From Octopus sinensis (lineage: Eukaryota): 64,000 bases of DNA. Below the pieces are notes generated by a model. That model ran no database searches and was not told the DNA's origin. It worked only from the letters and a program-made list of their open reading frames with translations. The stretch is from contig NW_021833451.1 of NCBI RefSeq assembly GCF_006345805.1, positions 7,098 through 71,097 on the forward strand, written 5' to 3'. Below, in pieces: positions 23,812 through 36,800 of this stretch; within the stretch, counting starts at the first letter, position 1; each line of letters opens with the position of its first letter. Made by a program: the position numbers and the translations under genes.

Positions 23812-26782
23812 TTATAAATGGATGTTTATTTTATACATGTGGTTATCCCTACAACCAATATATATAGAATTGCCCGCCCATAGGGGAGTAGAAAAGACTT
23901 GTCCCTCCAACTGAATAGCCCCAAGGACAGTCCCCGAACAAGACTCGACAGCATACACAGTGCCTCCAGTAGACGCCACCACGAACAGGCTGGTCCCGTC
24001 CTCCCTCCACCCGAGGACAGGCGAACTGACCAGAGGCACATTCAAGTGACAGACCCAGTGAAGTGTGCCATCATTGTACAGAGAGTACAAGTTGCCATCA
24101 TTCGACCCCACAACCATCCCCTCTGACGTCACCAGAGGTCGTCCAAAGATGGGTCCAGTGGTGGAGTATTGCCAGGGGTGGTCTCCCAGCCGACGAATGG
24201 TCCCATCCACGCCTGCAACGAGGACATGGTTGGAGGACAGGACTGGGGATGAGAAGAGAGGACACCCCACACTAATTTTACTCACAATCCTCCCATTATT
24301 CTGAAATAAAGCACGTGACTGACTTTGTGACAGGAGTAGACGAATCCGGCGAGACAGGAAAAGTAGAGGAGGTGGGCAGTCGAGGTGGGTTGAGAGACGA
24401 CACTCCCCTCGGTTGAGTATGTCCACACACATTTGAGGTCCTGCAGGGATAGACAGTACATGTGTCTGCTGTGTGATCCAATGAAGACGAATGGCCAGTC
24501 GACTGCGGGAGTACACTTGACAATGGACAGTGTGTCATATTTCCATTTTATTAGTCCATTCTCGATGAAATACACGAAATGGTCGTGGCAGCCAATGACC
24601 ACCACCCCACCCACACAGGCAGGGGATGCCTCCACTCGACCCCCCAACTGCACTCGCCATATTTCACTCCCACACGTGTCCACTCCAAACACCCAGCCAG
24701 AATGTGAGCCGAACACGACCAGTCCACTAGAAATGACAGACCACGTTACTCGTCGATGACTGCTCCCCCATCCACACACTTGGCTGTGTCAAATCCCCAC
24801 TCAATGGTCATCCCCCCACTCACCACATGTCCTCTCTTACTGCACTGCCTTATCACGTCCCCCACCGAACAGGCCAGAATGGACTCGACGTGGACGACCC
24901 CCCGACCAAACATACTCTCCAGTGCCACCACAATCCTCAGAGCATCGAGGGATGTCGAGGCAAGCAATGAGGAATCAGTCACCTCTCGATTAAGCACGTT
25001 CTCATACACCTGCCTGACTAATGTGGCCGTGTCCCCCACCAACCCACGTTTGCCTACTTTATATAGACTGACTAACAATGTGGGGACTGGGGGATGTGGC
25101 AGACTGAGTGCACTCTGTCAGGACGGCAGTGGTTGGGGAGGGACTCGACAACCTCTCTCATGGACACCCCTTCTCTCAACACCACAAAGGCATGGAGGAG
25201 TCCCCCGATCTGGCGGAGGGCAATTCCATCACAGGACTCCCTCAGAAGACACTCCACTCCGTCCAAACACACCCGCACTCCACACCGTTTGATGACTCGG
25301 TCAGTCCTCCCCTGCACATACACCTCCCCCTCCTCCTCCACTCCCATGTCCCCACTATTGTACAACTCCCCTCCTTCCCACCCCAAATATATTCCCCCCT
25401 CCTCCATCACCAACACACGTGATGTCAAACATGCCCCCACTGGAATATCCCCACTCCAATGGCCGGGATTTCGAATATTGTGCTCCACGCTGACACTTCC
25501 GTGATTCCGTACAAATTGAATATCCGAGTGACATTCCCGGGCTCCCTCACCACCTCCCTCACTCCCGGAGGAGGCTCCCCTCCAAACAGGAGACATTTCA
25601 AGGACGTGTTCTTCCCCAACAGTGTTCTACTCATTTCCCGCCCTCCAATCACACGGAAATATGTCGGAGTCATCTTTTCTCTCAGCTTACTCCACTACCT
25701 GCATTATTGACACTTTCGCCTCCAGAAGAACCGGGATTGCGGCTGAAGGTCTCATCAGGAGGTCTCTTCCTACCACCAGAGTGTGACCCCCTCCACTCAG
25801 GGCGCAGAACATGTCCACAATACTCGGGTCAAATGTGAGTGGGGCTGATAGAAGCACCACATCTCCATGTTCAATATTTAATATATTTCTATACAATGTA
25901 ATAATCAACAAACACTATTTAATGTTTATAATTACTAAACAAGTGCAAATATTAATCACTCCCCATCTTAAAAGCAACATTAATTACAACACATTATTCA
26001 TCAAGGATACTAAGGACTGCCTATCAAAAAGCGCAGTAAAACACCTATCCTTGTCAGGGGGGTGACATTAAATGACTATACTAGGAGAATGTGTGCGCCT
26101 CTCTATTGACATACACAATGCCGCCATGTCATGTGGCGACTAATTTTTGAGGCCCAAGGCCGCTTACCGAAAATCAAGAATATTGGGCATAATGCAGTCG
26201 AAGGGCACCCTTATTATCTTGGGCTGTGCTGTGGAGCCTGATGTGGTGATAGCATAGGCAATGTCCGCGCTCTGTTTGGTCTGAGTGGAGTGTGGGTAGT
26301 GGACACAGGAGATGTCAGGGAGGAGACCCAACTCTGTGAGGGCAGTGCAGTCCAATTCATTAAGGAAATATTCCTCGTGAATAAGAATAGTCATTTACAG
26401 TTGAGAACATGTCTTGTGTGATAATAAATCGAATCTCCAGACATTTTAGGACGTATTTTATATACCAGTCTGGCCAGAGTAAGTCGATGGTGACAAAGGG
26501 GGAGGTGGCCGACACTCTGTCAACACTGAGGAGTGGGGATAGCCGATATATATGGCCGGGAGGTGTATACTACGGGATATGCATACTCCTATGTATTCCC
26601 CCTCCCCCGATATTAGATTGATTGCTTTGGATATCTATTCTATGTGGGTTATATGTTTATACTTGTTTGGATAGAGTATTTAATTCTTGATATGTTAAAT
26701 ATTCAAAGTTGGAGTCGTTGTAGTATATTATTGCATTCTCCTGACTACTTCCTTTACAGAACGCCACATCAAACAGTCTCAT
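23812..26782 (-). CDS. AASDH: Beta-alanine-activating enzyme (NRPS-like A-T-PQQ repeat protein)
   Basis: TTSGST, APLTFDPS, NLYGITEVS, YNSGD, GRTDRVIKRCG, then DTAKCVDG and GSHS PQQ repeats ending IYIGCRDNHMY. Introns of 20-28 nt plus one of 279 nt (25889-26167). One apparent C-run frameshift at 25465-25467. Confidence 0.9.
26025..26165 (+). ncRNA. Candidate Sm-class small RNA, antisense within the long AASDH intron
   Basis: aatttttga at 26142-26150 lies between a 7-bp hairpin (gccgcca/tggcgac) and ggcc-caa-ggcc; there are further hairpins upstream. Identity unresolved. Confidence 0.3.
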
Positions 26783-26879
26783 TTAAATATATTTTGAACA
26801 ATAATATTTATTCTTTAATAACATTTAATATTATGAACTACAAAATACTCCAATTAATAAGAGCAACTTTGGAAAGACC

Positions 26880-27300
26880 ACTTTTGCCAACCTATAACTT
26901 CTCAAAGCTATCCAATGTAAAGGACCTTTTAATTTGCGTAGACTTAAACGCAAAGCATCCGACTTGGCTTAAATCCCAACGGGCAGACTCATGAGGATGG
27001 TTTCTATTGGAACAACTTTCTACCATGTCTTTCCTTAACAATCCGAAGACCCACACTAGGAAACCTTATAAGGATACCGAACGCTTAACATCTCGGACAT
27101 TACACTATCCTCAACTAACATATCCTCAAGCATTGCATGGTCAACAGACTACGATCCTAATTTAGATCACAATCCAATAATCATCAGGATCAAGAAAGGC
27201 TTTCCCCATATCAACAAAACTATGTCCGTTTTCAATTACAAGAGCGCAAACTGGGAGGGATATGCTAACTTCACCGACGCAATGCTGCAAAGTGGTATTA
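26880..27300 (+). mobile_element. I-group LINE APE endonuclease fragment
   Basis: ICVDLNAKHPTW, FLNNPKTHT, DHNPIII, ANWEGY; related to 38.4-38.8 kb. Confidence 0.7.
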
Positions 27301-28859
27301 ACTAACTTAACTTACAGAATGTTGTTTTTAATATAACATCAAGTAAAAATGACTTCTATAGTTTTCTTAATGCTCCAGTAATTTTTCATCACAGGTCTGA
27401 TCGATTAAAACCCCTGGCTAATTGTGATCCATAAATTTCATAAATAGTGAGTTGAAAAAAACATTCATTTTCTGGCTTAGGTGTGACTATAAACCACGCA
27501 AGACCATGTTAGTTTTTCTCACGTTGTAAGCAACGACTTTTGAGATGCTGTTGTTCCATAGATGCTATCGAAAGTTGGGGGCCTTCATCGCATTCAAAAT
27601 CCTTTAAATATGATTCTTGAAGTAATATTCCAGTAACTTCTAGAACTCAGAACATTTTAGTGAAAATCAATAAGCTTAGAGAAGCCATGTCAAGTCAATC
27701 AAAAATGTTGCACAGAATCCTCCACGAGATAAAGGAACAAAACTATAATTAGTTCAAAATGAAAATTATTTTTATAATGATAATTAAATTTAAATTAATC
27801 TCGCCAAAGAACAAACTTATTCTTGTTGTGAGTTTTTTCTGAGTAAAATATAGTTTCTAGAATAATTTTTGGTGACAATGGAGCAATTTCTTAAACTTAA
27901 ACGAAACAAAACTGAAAGTCCCATGGTAATATCCTACCAAAAGCGTCATTTCCCAAACAACCATTCGTACATACTCCTTCGTTCACCAACATAAAAACAA
28001 CACCTGGCTTAATGGAAAAAGCCCAAAATCAAATTTTCTAAGAAAAACACTTGTTAATTATTTCTAAAATAAAACCAGGAATCTCAAGGTCACCTCAAGT
28101 GGTCAATCTCGGACAAATCAGCACTTTTTTATAACAAAATTGACCAAAACCAAATTCATTGTTCGGCTCGGAAGTACTATAACATTCACTTTTTTAGAAA
28201 TGTCATTCACCGAACATTTCAATTTGGCCAAAATGCTAACACGGAATCTACAGTACGCCTAACTACCTCCCATTTATAACTACTCTCCTGAATGCTGCCA
28301 CCGAGCACGCCATCGATATAATATCCGTAGGCTTGGACGACATGTCATTGAGTACAAGCAATTTTAAGTTTTTTTAATTTTTTGATTTTTAGTTCACCTA
28401 TTCCTGATTTCAGAAATAACTCTAATTTGGTTAATGTTGTTCATAATCGCTTTACTTTATGACTTCCACTCCTTTCGATGACAAAGTTGAAAAAAAAACC
28501 AAGAATTCTGAAAACCATGCTCTTAGGGGCTCTCGCGATTACACGGAGTAGTCTATTTTTACGTAATATAATTGATTAAGGTGTAATTCTTTTTTATAAC
28601 TATCTTTTTAAAACAAATGGAAGCCATTTGGGTGAACAATAGTTCGATTTTTACCGGTTACCGAGCGCTACGGGTTACTGAATGCTCAAATTTAACATTT
28701 AAAGAATTTTTTATAAAAATTAAACCTAAATTTTTTTAGTTATTATATTTAAAATTAATAAATATATAATTTCAATATTTTTAAAAGGCGCAGCATTTGA
28801 TAATTTTTAAATAGATAATTTACCATGCGTATTCTATAAAGTTTTCTTGATGTCTCGCT

Positions 28860-31755
28860 TTTTTGTCAAAACTGTACAAGAATATGATCATATAGTTAAA
28901 ATATTGGAAGAGCAGGGGATCATTGGAATATCTAAACAAAAAAATACAGATTAACTCGAAAGTCCAAGAATTTTACTTTCATTACCGGGCGGCTATATCT
29001 TAAAGACTCACGTGGAAACCATAAAATAGTCATTTCTGCAGACAATCATGAGGAGATGCAATTAGTGGCTACGCAAATTCATCAAATGACTCATTGCGGA
29101 CATAACACGTTTGAAGAGTTTTGTAATCAGAGATATTTTGTTGTTAAACGCAAAATCATCAGGAAAGTAGTATCGGAATGTGATATATGTCGATTTGCGA
29201 CACCACTAAAAATAGTTGATCCTGAAAACCACATTATAGCCTCACAACCAAATGAGAGATTTCAGATAGATCTGATTGATCTCGAATGTCCGACGGAACA
29301 ATGAAAAAAACCCACATGAAACGAATCAAAAAAATAAATAAAGATCACAAATAATTAAAATTTTAGTTATGATCCATAAAAAAAGTTTTTTCAATTTCTG
29401 TGTAACGTTATATGAAAATTTTGGAGCCTTAGTGCTTAAACGTATGAGGAATGAGGCTATAATGTGGAGTTGAATGCTGATTCCACTCCCCGTACAATGT
29501 CTTCAATGTAAAAACAAGCAGATATGATCTTAGGGGATCTCCTAGCACATCAGGCTGTAAAAGAACAATTTTCAATAACAAGCGAAATTGTAAAGTAATA
29601 AAAGAGATGTACTAGATGGGCAACTTAGGGTTTTTGGAATGCAAGTCTGAATAATTCGATCCCCGAAAAAAGAGATGAAATTATATTGAAACTTATCTTC
29701 ATTTCTAATTCTACCAGAGATTGGGCTTTGGTCTTGTTCTGCATCGTGAGTTTTGCCACCGGAAAAGGCATTCCTTTACAAACGAATCTCTCCACAATGA
29801 AACTAGGAGAGATTGAACAGGATACCAGGTTGAGCAGGTCTACCAAAGCATTTTCTGTTACCCAGTAAGGCAGGTTTAGTATTACTAGTTTTTAGTTCCG
29901 CGGTGTCAAGTATTCAATTGAGTGTCCATAAAGACTTAAAAGAAGATTCCGCTCCCAATCATAAATAAAATCGTTTATATCATCTGCATTCTTAAGTAGA
30001 AGTTCGTAAAGATTCATTATGGTGTTGCGAAGTCCGGGCCCTCGGGCGGTTGGAGATTTACAAATTACATTTGCGACTTGGATCAAATCAATTGTAGCGT
30101 TAGTCGAACATACAAGAATAGTTAGTAGAATATTCTAACCCCAACAAACTTCTAACAACAACGTGATTCATACAAAATGGCGCATGCTTTTGAAATTGTT
30201 AAGATCGCTGACTTTGCTGAAACCTTTACCTTTAAATGGCTCCGCTCTAGCCACGTGGCAAAAGCAAAGAAAAAACAAGACTCCTAAATATCAAAAATTC
30301 ACAATTCAAAACACATTGGATTCGTATTTGACCATTTATTCTTTCACGTTTTTCGTTTTTTTGTTACGCTTGACTCTTCTTTTAAAACACTTTAATCCGA
30401 TCGATTAAATTGGAGGGAGTTAAATTGATAATTATATATTTTAGTGGTACACTATAATAAGCGCATGCCATCAAATCTGGTTCCAACATTAAGATTCGAT
30501 TCAAAGATGACACTCCTCTCCAATATATTTTCACTGCAAAAAAGATGCATTCATTTAGAGCATAAATCAGATTGTAAACTATTGATTAGTGTCAATACTA
30601 GACATAATTGAAATCATATTTACAATATTTCGCAAAATAAATTAAAACTAATCGGCAGTTAAAATAAATTATAGTGATTTACAGTAATTAATATGCTAAA
30701 ATCATACTGAACTATCACGTGTTAATGACCTAGTCAACAACAAATATTGGATGAAGGTAACTTTGCTTTTCCAAATATAGACTTGCTTGCTAAAAGTAAA
30801 AAACCAGGTAGACCCCAATCATCAAATAAATCTGAAAATCGAAACAGTTCAGCAAAGTACTTTTTTTAGATACTTTATTGCTTAGTATTGAAAAAAAGAG
30901 AAAACATGCAGATCATGAAAAACAAAGACGAAAAAAAGAAAATGAAGACATCGAAGAATTAAAAGCGCTGATGAATATTCCATCTAAGCCAAGATTCAAG
31001 AATCGTGAAATGACCAATCTATGTGAGGAATTCAATATCAAACGAATTCACGGAAGGCCAAACAATCCCCGCTCACAAGGGATTGTCGAACGCTTCAACC
31101 AGTCAATTACAAGAAAAATGGCAAAAATGATCGACAATGATAATAAAAAGTGGCTGGAAAAATTAGAAAATGCAATGTACAATTATAACATTTCTGTCCA
31201 CTCATCTTCTAATGAGAGCCCTTTTGAAAGATACCGGGGAATAAGTGGAATGAATACAATATTTTATGGTTGTAATTATAAAATTATTCCTTAGATAATT
31301 CAGGTAATGATTTGTTGAGTTCTGATCAAGTCGATGATGCAAACAATTGTCTGAGTCCAATTGAAAATTCATGTAATTTGAATTTCTATATGTAGATGAT
31401 TGTAATTATTCGTTTACAAGTCCGAAAAGATTTCAGTTCGAAATTAACCCCATTGATCCTAATTCTAATTATTACAAAGCGATGAACAGAAAAATGAATG
31501 TTCACAATAGTAAGTATGAATTTAGTGTTGGTGATAAAGTATGCATAAAAATTAATGTTTAGGTTCGAGTTAAAAAAGACTTTGGAACAAATACTTCGTT
31601 GCGACTGGATAAGTTTGAATCTCCATATTATCCATCTGCAGAAATTATCAGTATTTTATCAAACAATCGCGTTGAGGTAGTTTAAACATTTAAATTTAAT
31701 AGATAAAAAATTCAATGAGCGAAATTTCGATTGTGCCAATGTCCAGACTTAAAAA
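28860..31755 (+). mobile_element. Ginger/KRBA2-like integrase transposase, interrupted between about 29290 and 31000, with four mini-introns in the 3' part
   Basis: IHQMTHCGH..CDIC, NERFQIDLIDL, HGRPNNPRSQGIVERFNQ, KWLEKL, YNISVHS, SPFE. Introns of 26, 23, 24 and 26 nt restore the frame to ...GDK|VRVKKDF...NRVE|IKNS...RLKK*. Confidence 0.8.
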
Positions 31756-31803
31756 ATAATTAACAAGTTATTATTCTTTGAAGTTTAATATTAATTACAA
31801 TAT

Positions 31804-32205
31804 CTAACGACCTTCCCATTTGAAAATGGCAAGTCTCTCATCTGGGACGCCACTTGCACGGATACCTTCTCCGCCGGGAACATCTTGACGTCGGCTTCAG
31901 AGCCGGGCTCCGCAGCCAACCTGCCCGAAACGCTAAAAATCAAGAAATACAGTACATTATCTCACCGCCATATCTTTGCCCCGATCGCAGTGGAGACATC
32001 GGGAGTCCTCGACCCCAGAACTAAAAAATTCTTATTAACTGGGGGATTTGGCAAGCAGAAGAAGAAATGATCATCGGGAACGGACATGGCTTTTCCAACG
32101 CATATCAATAGCCATCTTGCGTGGGAATTGCCATTCCATCCTATCCTCTGCTGCTAATTAAATATACATATAATTGTGCTTTAAATTGAGTAATCTGTCA
32201 AAAAA
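31804..32205 (+). mobile_element. CRE-clade 3' fragment, same subfamily as 52040-52715
   Basis: LTTFPFENGKSLIWDATCTD; 11-bp TSD aattacaatat at 31793-31803 and 32206-32216. Confidence 0.85.
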
Positions 32206-32342
32206 AATTACAATATTGACATTAAGTTAAGCTTCAAGGTCACGTCAGGTATCACGCGGCCCATAGGTGTCACGCAAACCATGTCACATAATATAATTTC
32301 ATAGTGCACGTTTCTTCGGTTTTTGTTGACTGCTTTTTTACA

Positions 32343-33816
32343 ATGCCTAAAAACAGGAGTTCCAACACTAAGCGAATTTCTTCTATTGTTAAAAAATATC
32401 CTAAGGAGTTTTCATCTTCACTGGATGGAAAATTATTCTGCAAATTATGTAATTCTTACGTAACTACTAATAAGGAATGGTTTATTGATAAGCACAGACA
32501 TTCTAAAAAGCATATTCTGAGAATCCCAGATACGAATAATACTTTGGATACTCATAGTAAAAATGAGGTTACTGCTGATTGTTTTGCCGTGGATCTTGCA
32601 AATGCATTTTTATCAGCAAATATTCCACTTCATAAGTTACGAAATACATCGATTATTGATTTTTTAATAAATATGGACATTATGTTCCTTCGGAAACCAA
32701 ATGCAGAGACATTGTTACATTTCTTGGTGAAAGGATGGTTTCACAAATTATTAACACAGTTTCAAGTGAATAAATTGTTTTAATGATTGACGAAAGTGAT
32801 TTTGGAATTGTCTTGTTGGAACGTTAAAAAATCCACAAGAATATTTTTTAATTGATTGTATTGCAATTAATATAGCTCCCAATTCCGCGATTATATGTCA
32901 AATTATTGATGACGTCATTCGCAAACTCAATGTTGATAGGAAAAATTTTTATTTACTTATTTCTGATGCTGCTTCATATATGGTTTCTTCTGGAAAAGTA
33001 TTATAGCAATTATATTCAAATCTATTCCATGTCACTTGTGTGCCGCATTTATTACATAATTGTGCCTTCAGAATAAATCACATTATCCAGAGGTAGATAA
33101 ATTAATATCGTGCGTCAAAGCACTTGTTGTCAAAAATAATTCACGACGTCAATTATTTACAGAAATTGATATCCACCCGAGCCCATTGTAACTAGATTGG
33201 GCTGTTGGTTAAATGATGCTGACTATTATGCAAAAAATTTAACACAAATCATCAATATTTGTAATGGTATAGAAGAGGAATCTTTATTGATACAAAGAGC
33301 AAAGTAATCCGTTATGAATGAATTTCTTCATATGAATTTAGAAGACATAAGCCGGGAATATCATTTATTAACAGATATTTTAATGGAAATTGAATCTAAT
33401 AAATTCACTATTTCAAGAGCGTATCATTTTTTGAAAAATGTTGATTTTAAAGAAGATTCCTGCAAAATTCGAGACTATATAAGCTTACGAATTTCAAGAA
33501 ACGACATTTTCAAAATAATGGAGTTATCTAAGCTACCAATTACTCCATTTCACCACGCATTATTATTGGATTGCCCGGCAACATCGTGTGAAATAGAAAG
33601 ATCATTTTCTATTCTTCACAAAATTTTAACCAAAGATAGAAATTTCCTACCTGAAAATGTTAAATATTATTTAATGTTGTGCTTTAATAAATAAATTTCT
33701 GTTTCTTAGGGCAACTTTTTATGCATATTATGTCAACTTTTTTATTTTTTAAAGCAATTTAGTTGACTTTTAAGGTCAATTTTTTACATTTTTAAGAGCA
33801 ACTTTCCGGTTGCCCT
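32343..33816 (+). mobile_element. hAT transposon (CGGBP1-like group), degenerate transposase plus 3' end
   Basis: LFCKLCNSYV...DKHRHSKKH, LISDAASYM, HVTCVPHLLHNC, CPATSCEIERSFS. The 3' end has gcaact repeats and terminates gttgcccta. Confidence 0.8.
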
Positions 33817-36800
33817 ACTTATAAGTTAGATTGTTCTAAAACACGCTTCGGCAAAACGCGGCCCGCCAAGAAATTTTTCCAACTAACATGGCCCGCGGGC
33901 AAATTAATATTTATATATAAATTTTATCTATTATTAAAAATTAAATAAATTTCTAAACGTGTTATAATTCTTTGTGGTAAATTTTATATGACGCTCAAGT
34001 GAAAATAATTCTACTGGTTTTGACTTGGGACGGGCTCGTTTCCAAGTTTTTTAAGAATTACATTGAAATCTTGGCTATCGAAGACGGAATTCAGTCTTAT
34101 ATACAGTCAATTGTGTTGAATAAAACCTTGGAGAGTATGATTGTCGAGTACAGGCACGGGATAAGAGTCACTGAAGAGGAGATAAATTCAGCCAGTAGCC
34201 TCTTAATTGAGGCAAGTCATTCGTACGAAGATGATATGTTGAATGAGTGAAAAAGAGTCGTAACTAACTTGGAGATAGAGGAGCATGGAGATTTGTTAGT
34301 TACTTCCTCTTCTAAAAAAAGGAGATTAACCTCCAGCGGACAACGGTCAGATTAACATAAGTTAAATAATATTAACTTAATTAATCTATGTATGTTTTAA
34401 ATTTATTAAAATAATACTAAATTTAGTTAAAATATGCAAGCGTTCCATGAATTTTTTGCCCTACTGTTTTTACAGATAAAATCAAAAATAATTATATAAA
34501 TTTATAAACAAAGTCTACTCTCATAAAAACAGCAGGAAATTTATTCCCCTTATTTGAACTGACTTTCTTAGCCTCCTCACTCGAATCAAAAATACAAGAA
34601 TACGCCTCATCGTTAGCCTTACAGTAAACAAATATCCACCAACCAATTCTTCTTCCCCCATCTTTCTGAATAAATGATGACTTGATAACAGATCATTCAT
34701 CCACTGGTAGAGTTCTTCGACATCCGTGATAGTATAAAGAATTCCCTACCACTAAATAACCCATATCTAACCCCCACAGCCATAAGATAGGCCAGTTCGT
34801 CCACTGTACTAGAATTAACCAGTCTCCATTTATGCTTTGATTTTTTAAACTGAGGGTCTGGAAAGAGGATGAAAACTCGCTCCAACTAAATTAATAGATT
34901 TTTATACCCAAAACCTGGCCTTTTGAAAAATAGTTAACTAGATATTTCATGGCATTGGTTCTTATGCAGGCAATGTTTGACAATTCTCCTTCCTCTGCTT
35001 TCTGGACCCTCAGTGCTTCTATTTTCTGTCTGACAAAATTTGAAACTTTTTTGCGTATTTCCATTCCGATTATTAATTTATCGGGAAAAATATTTGAGAG
35101 TTTAACTATTGATTATTTATAAATATATTTATTACAGAGAAGGCCTCCAAAACCACAGCCTATGTCTACTATTTTGATTGAACTGCTCTCATTACAAGGT
35201 AGAGAGAGAGAACTGTATAGTGGTCTCCAATTCCATTCTGATGGTCTTATCGGACTATTTTAAGTTAAATGGGTAAAGTACATTTCAAAGTTGTCGTCCG
35301 ACATTGGATTGCAGTGAGCCCTCTGACGGAAAAATTTTTTTTGAGGAAGTTTAACGTGGACCATCACTAAATAAAATTAAAATATTTTAACAATTAATTT
35401 AAAGAAAATAATATTTTGGTTTAAATTAACCAATTAACCAAGAATTAGAATAGAATAGACTGCCTATCGGGGTTTGTGGAACTTAGAAGGGGAGTCCCGC
35501 AGGGTTCTATCTTGAGTCCACTTCTGTTCAACCTCTTCTTGGCGGACATTCCTCTGCCGTCGATACGTACTGGCAAGCTCGTCATCTATGCTGACGATAT
35601 CCTGGTCATGGATACCTCGAAAAGGATATCGCAGTCTTGGAGACGACTTAAATCATACATTGCAACGCTAAAGATGTGAACTATAGAGAAGGGTTTGATC
35701 CTAGCACCGGAGAAGAGCACCATTTCATGGTTGCGGAGAGGGAGTCGCTATGCGGAGTCGTGTGCATATGCCATGAGTAGTTATGTGATGGATCTCTCAA
35801 AAAGCAAAAATCTTTCTTACCTGGGAGCAACCATCAACTGTCGTAGCTTGTACGCAGATCATATAGCAAATCAGAGAAAGAGGAGTGTGAGGATCCTCAA
35901 AAGCTTAACCAGGTTCCATCTAGATCCGGAAACGTACATCTACGTATACAAAACGTGTGTCCAGCCAGTCCTCACATATGGCTACGAGGGCTGGTACGGT
36001 ACGGAAAGAGTGACTACCTGATCGAACAGTTGGAAAAGACAAGACGTTTCGCTATAAAATTGGCTTACGGAGTACAACTTGACGGAAGGTTAAAAGACTC
36101 ACAAGAATCCTCTGTGTCCACGATCCGGATGGTCTTGGAGAATTGTTGTCAACTATGACTACAATTGGGGATACGCATGGAAAGAGACACTTCGGTGCCT
36201 TGTTTTTATCTCCCCGTTAATGATTTCTTCCTTGTTTTTCTTTTCGGTCAATAAATATTTCTAAATTAATTTTCTAATTTTCCAATGATCGGCTATATTT
36301 TCAAAGTAATTAAATATTCTAACAAATATTGTTCAAAAAACATGGATTGATTGAAAAAGACCTCACTGAGATAGACTTGTTCTACTCTTGCCTGTCTGAA
36401 TCTTATTCTGAACTTGTTTACTCGTCAATAACTATCATTGCCTGCGACATTAACGCCAAATTGGGATTACGAAGAAGCCTGGGTAAAACCTTCATGGGAA
36501 AACACGGGAGGGGAATAAGGAACGTGGCAGGAATATTACTCGCCGATTTTTGTCAGGTAAATTTTGCCGATTTTTGTCGGTCTATTCTTTTGCAACACTG
36601 CATTCATGCACCCCGCAAGACACAAAACTACTTGGATAAATGACAAAAATTGAAGACGAATTGCAGATTCCGCAGAATTAGCAGAACTAATCGCCGGCCA
36701 CTTCGAGAAACTGTTTAGATTTAACAGCAAAGGAATTGATGGATATACCGAGCATCCCAGGAAATTGGAGTTGGAAATAACTCCTGCAGAAGTGCAAAGA

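Noticed and set aside
23826-25710. Many overlapping ORFs of 70-180 aa on both strands
   Set aside because: Shadow frames of the GC-rich AASDH coding sequence; no independent motifs.
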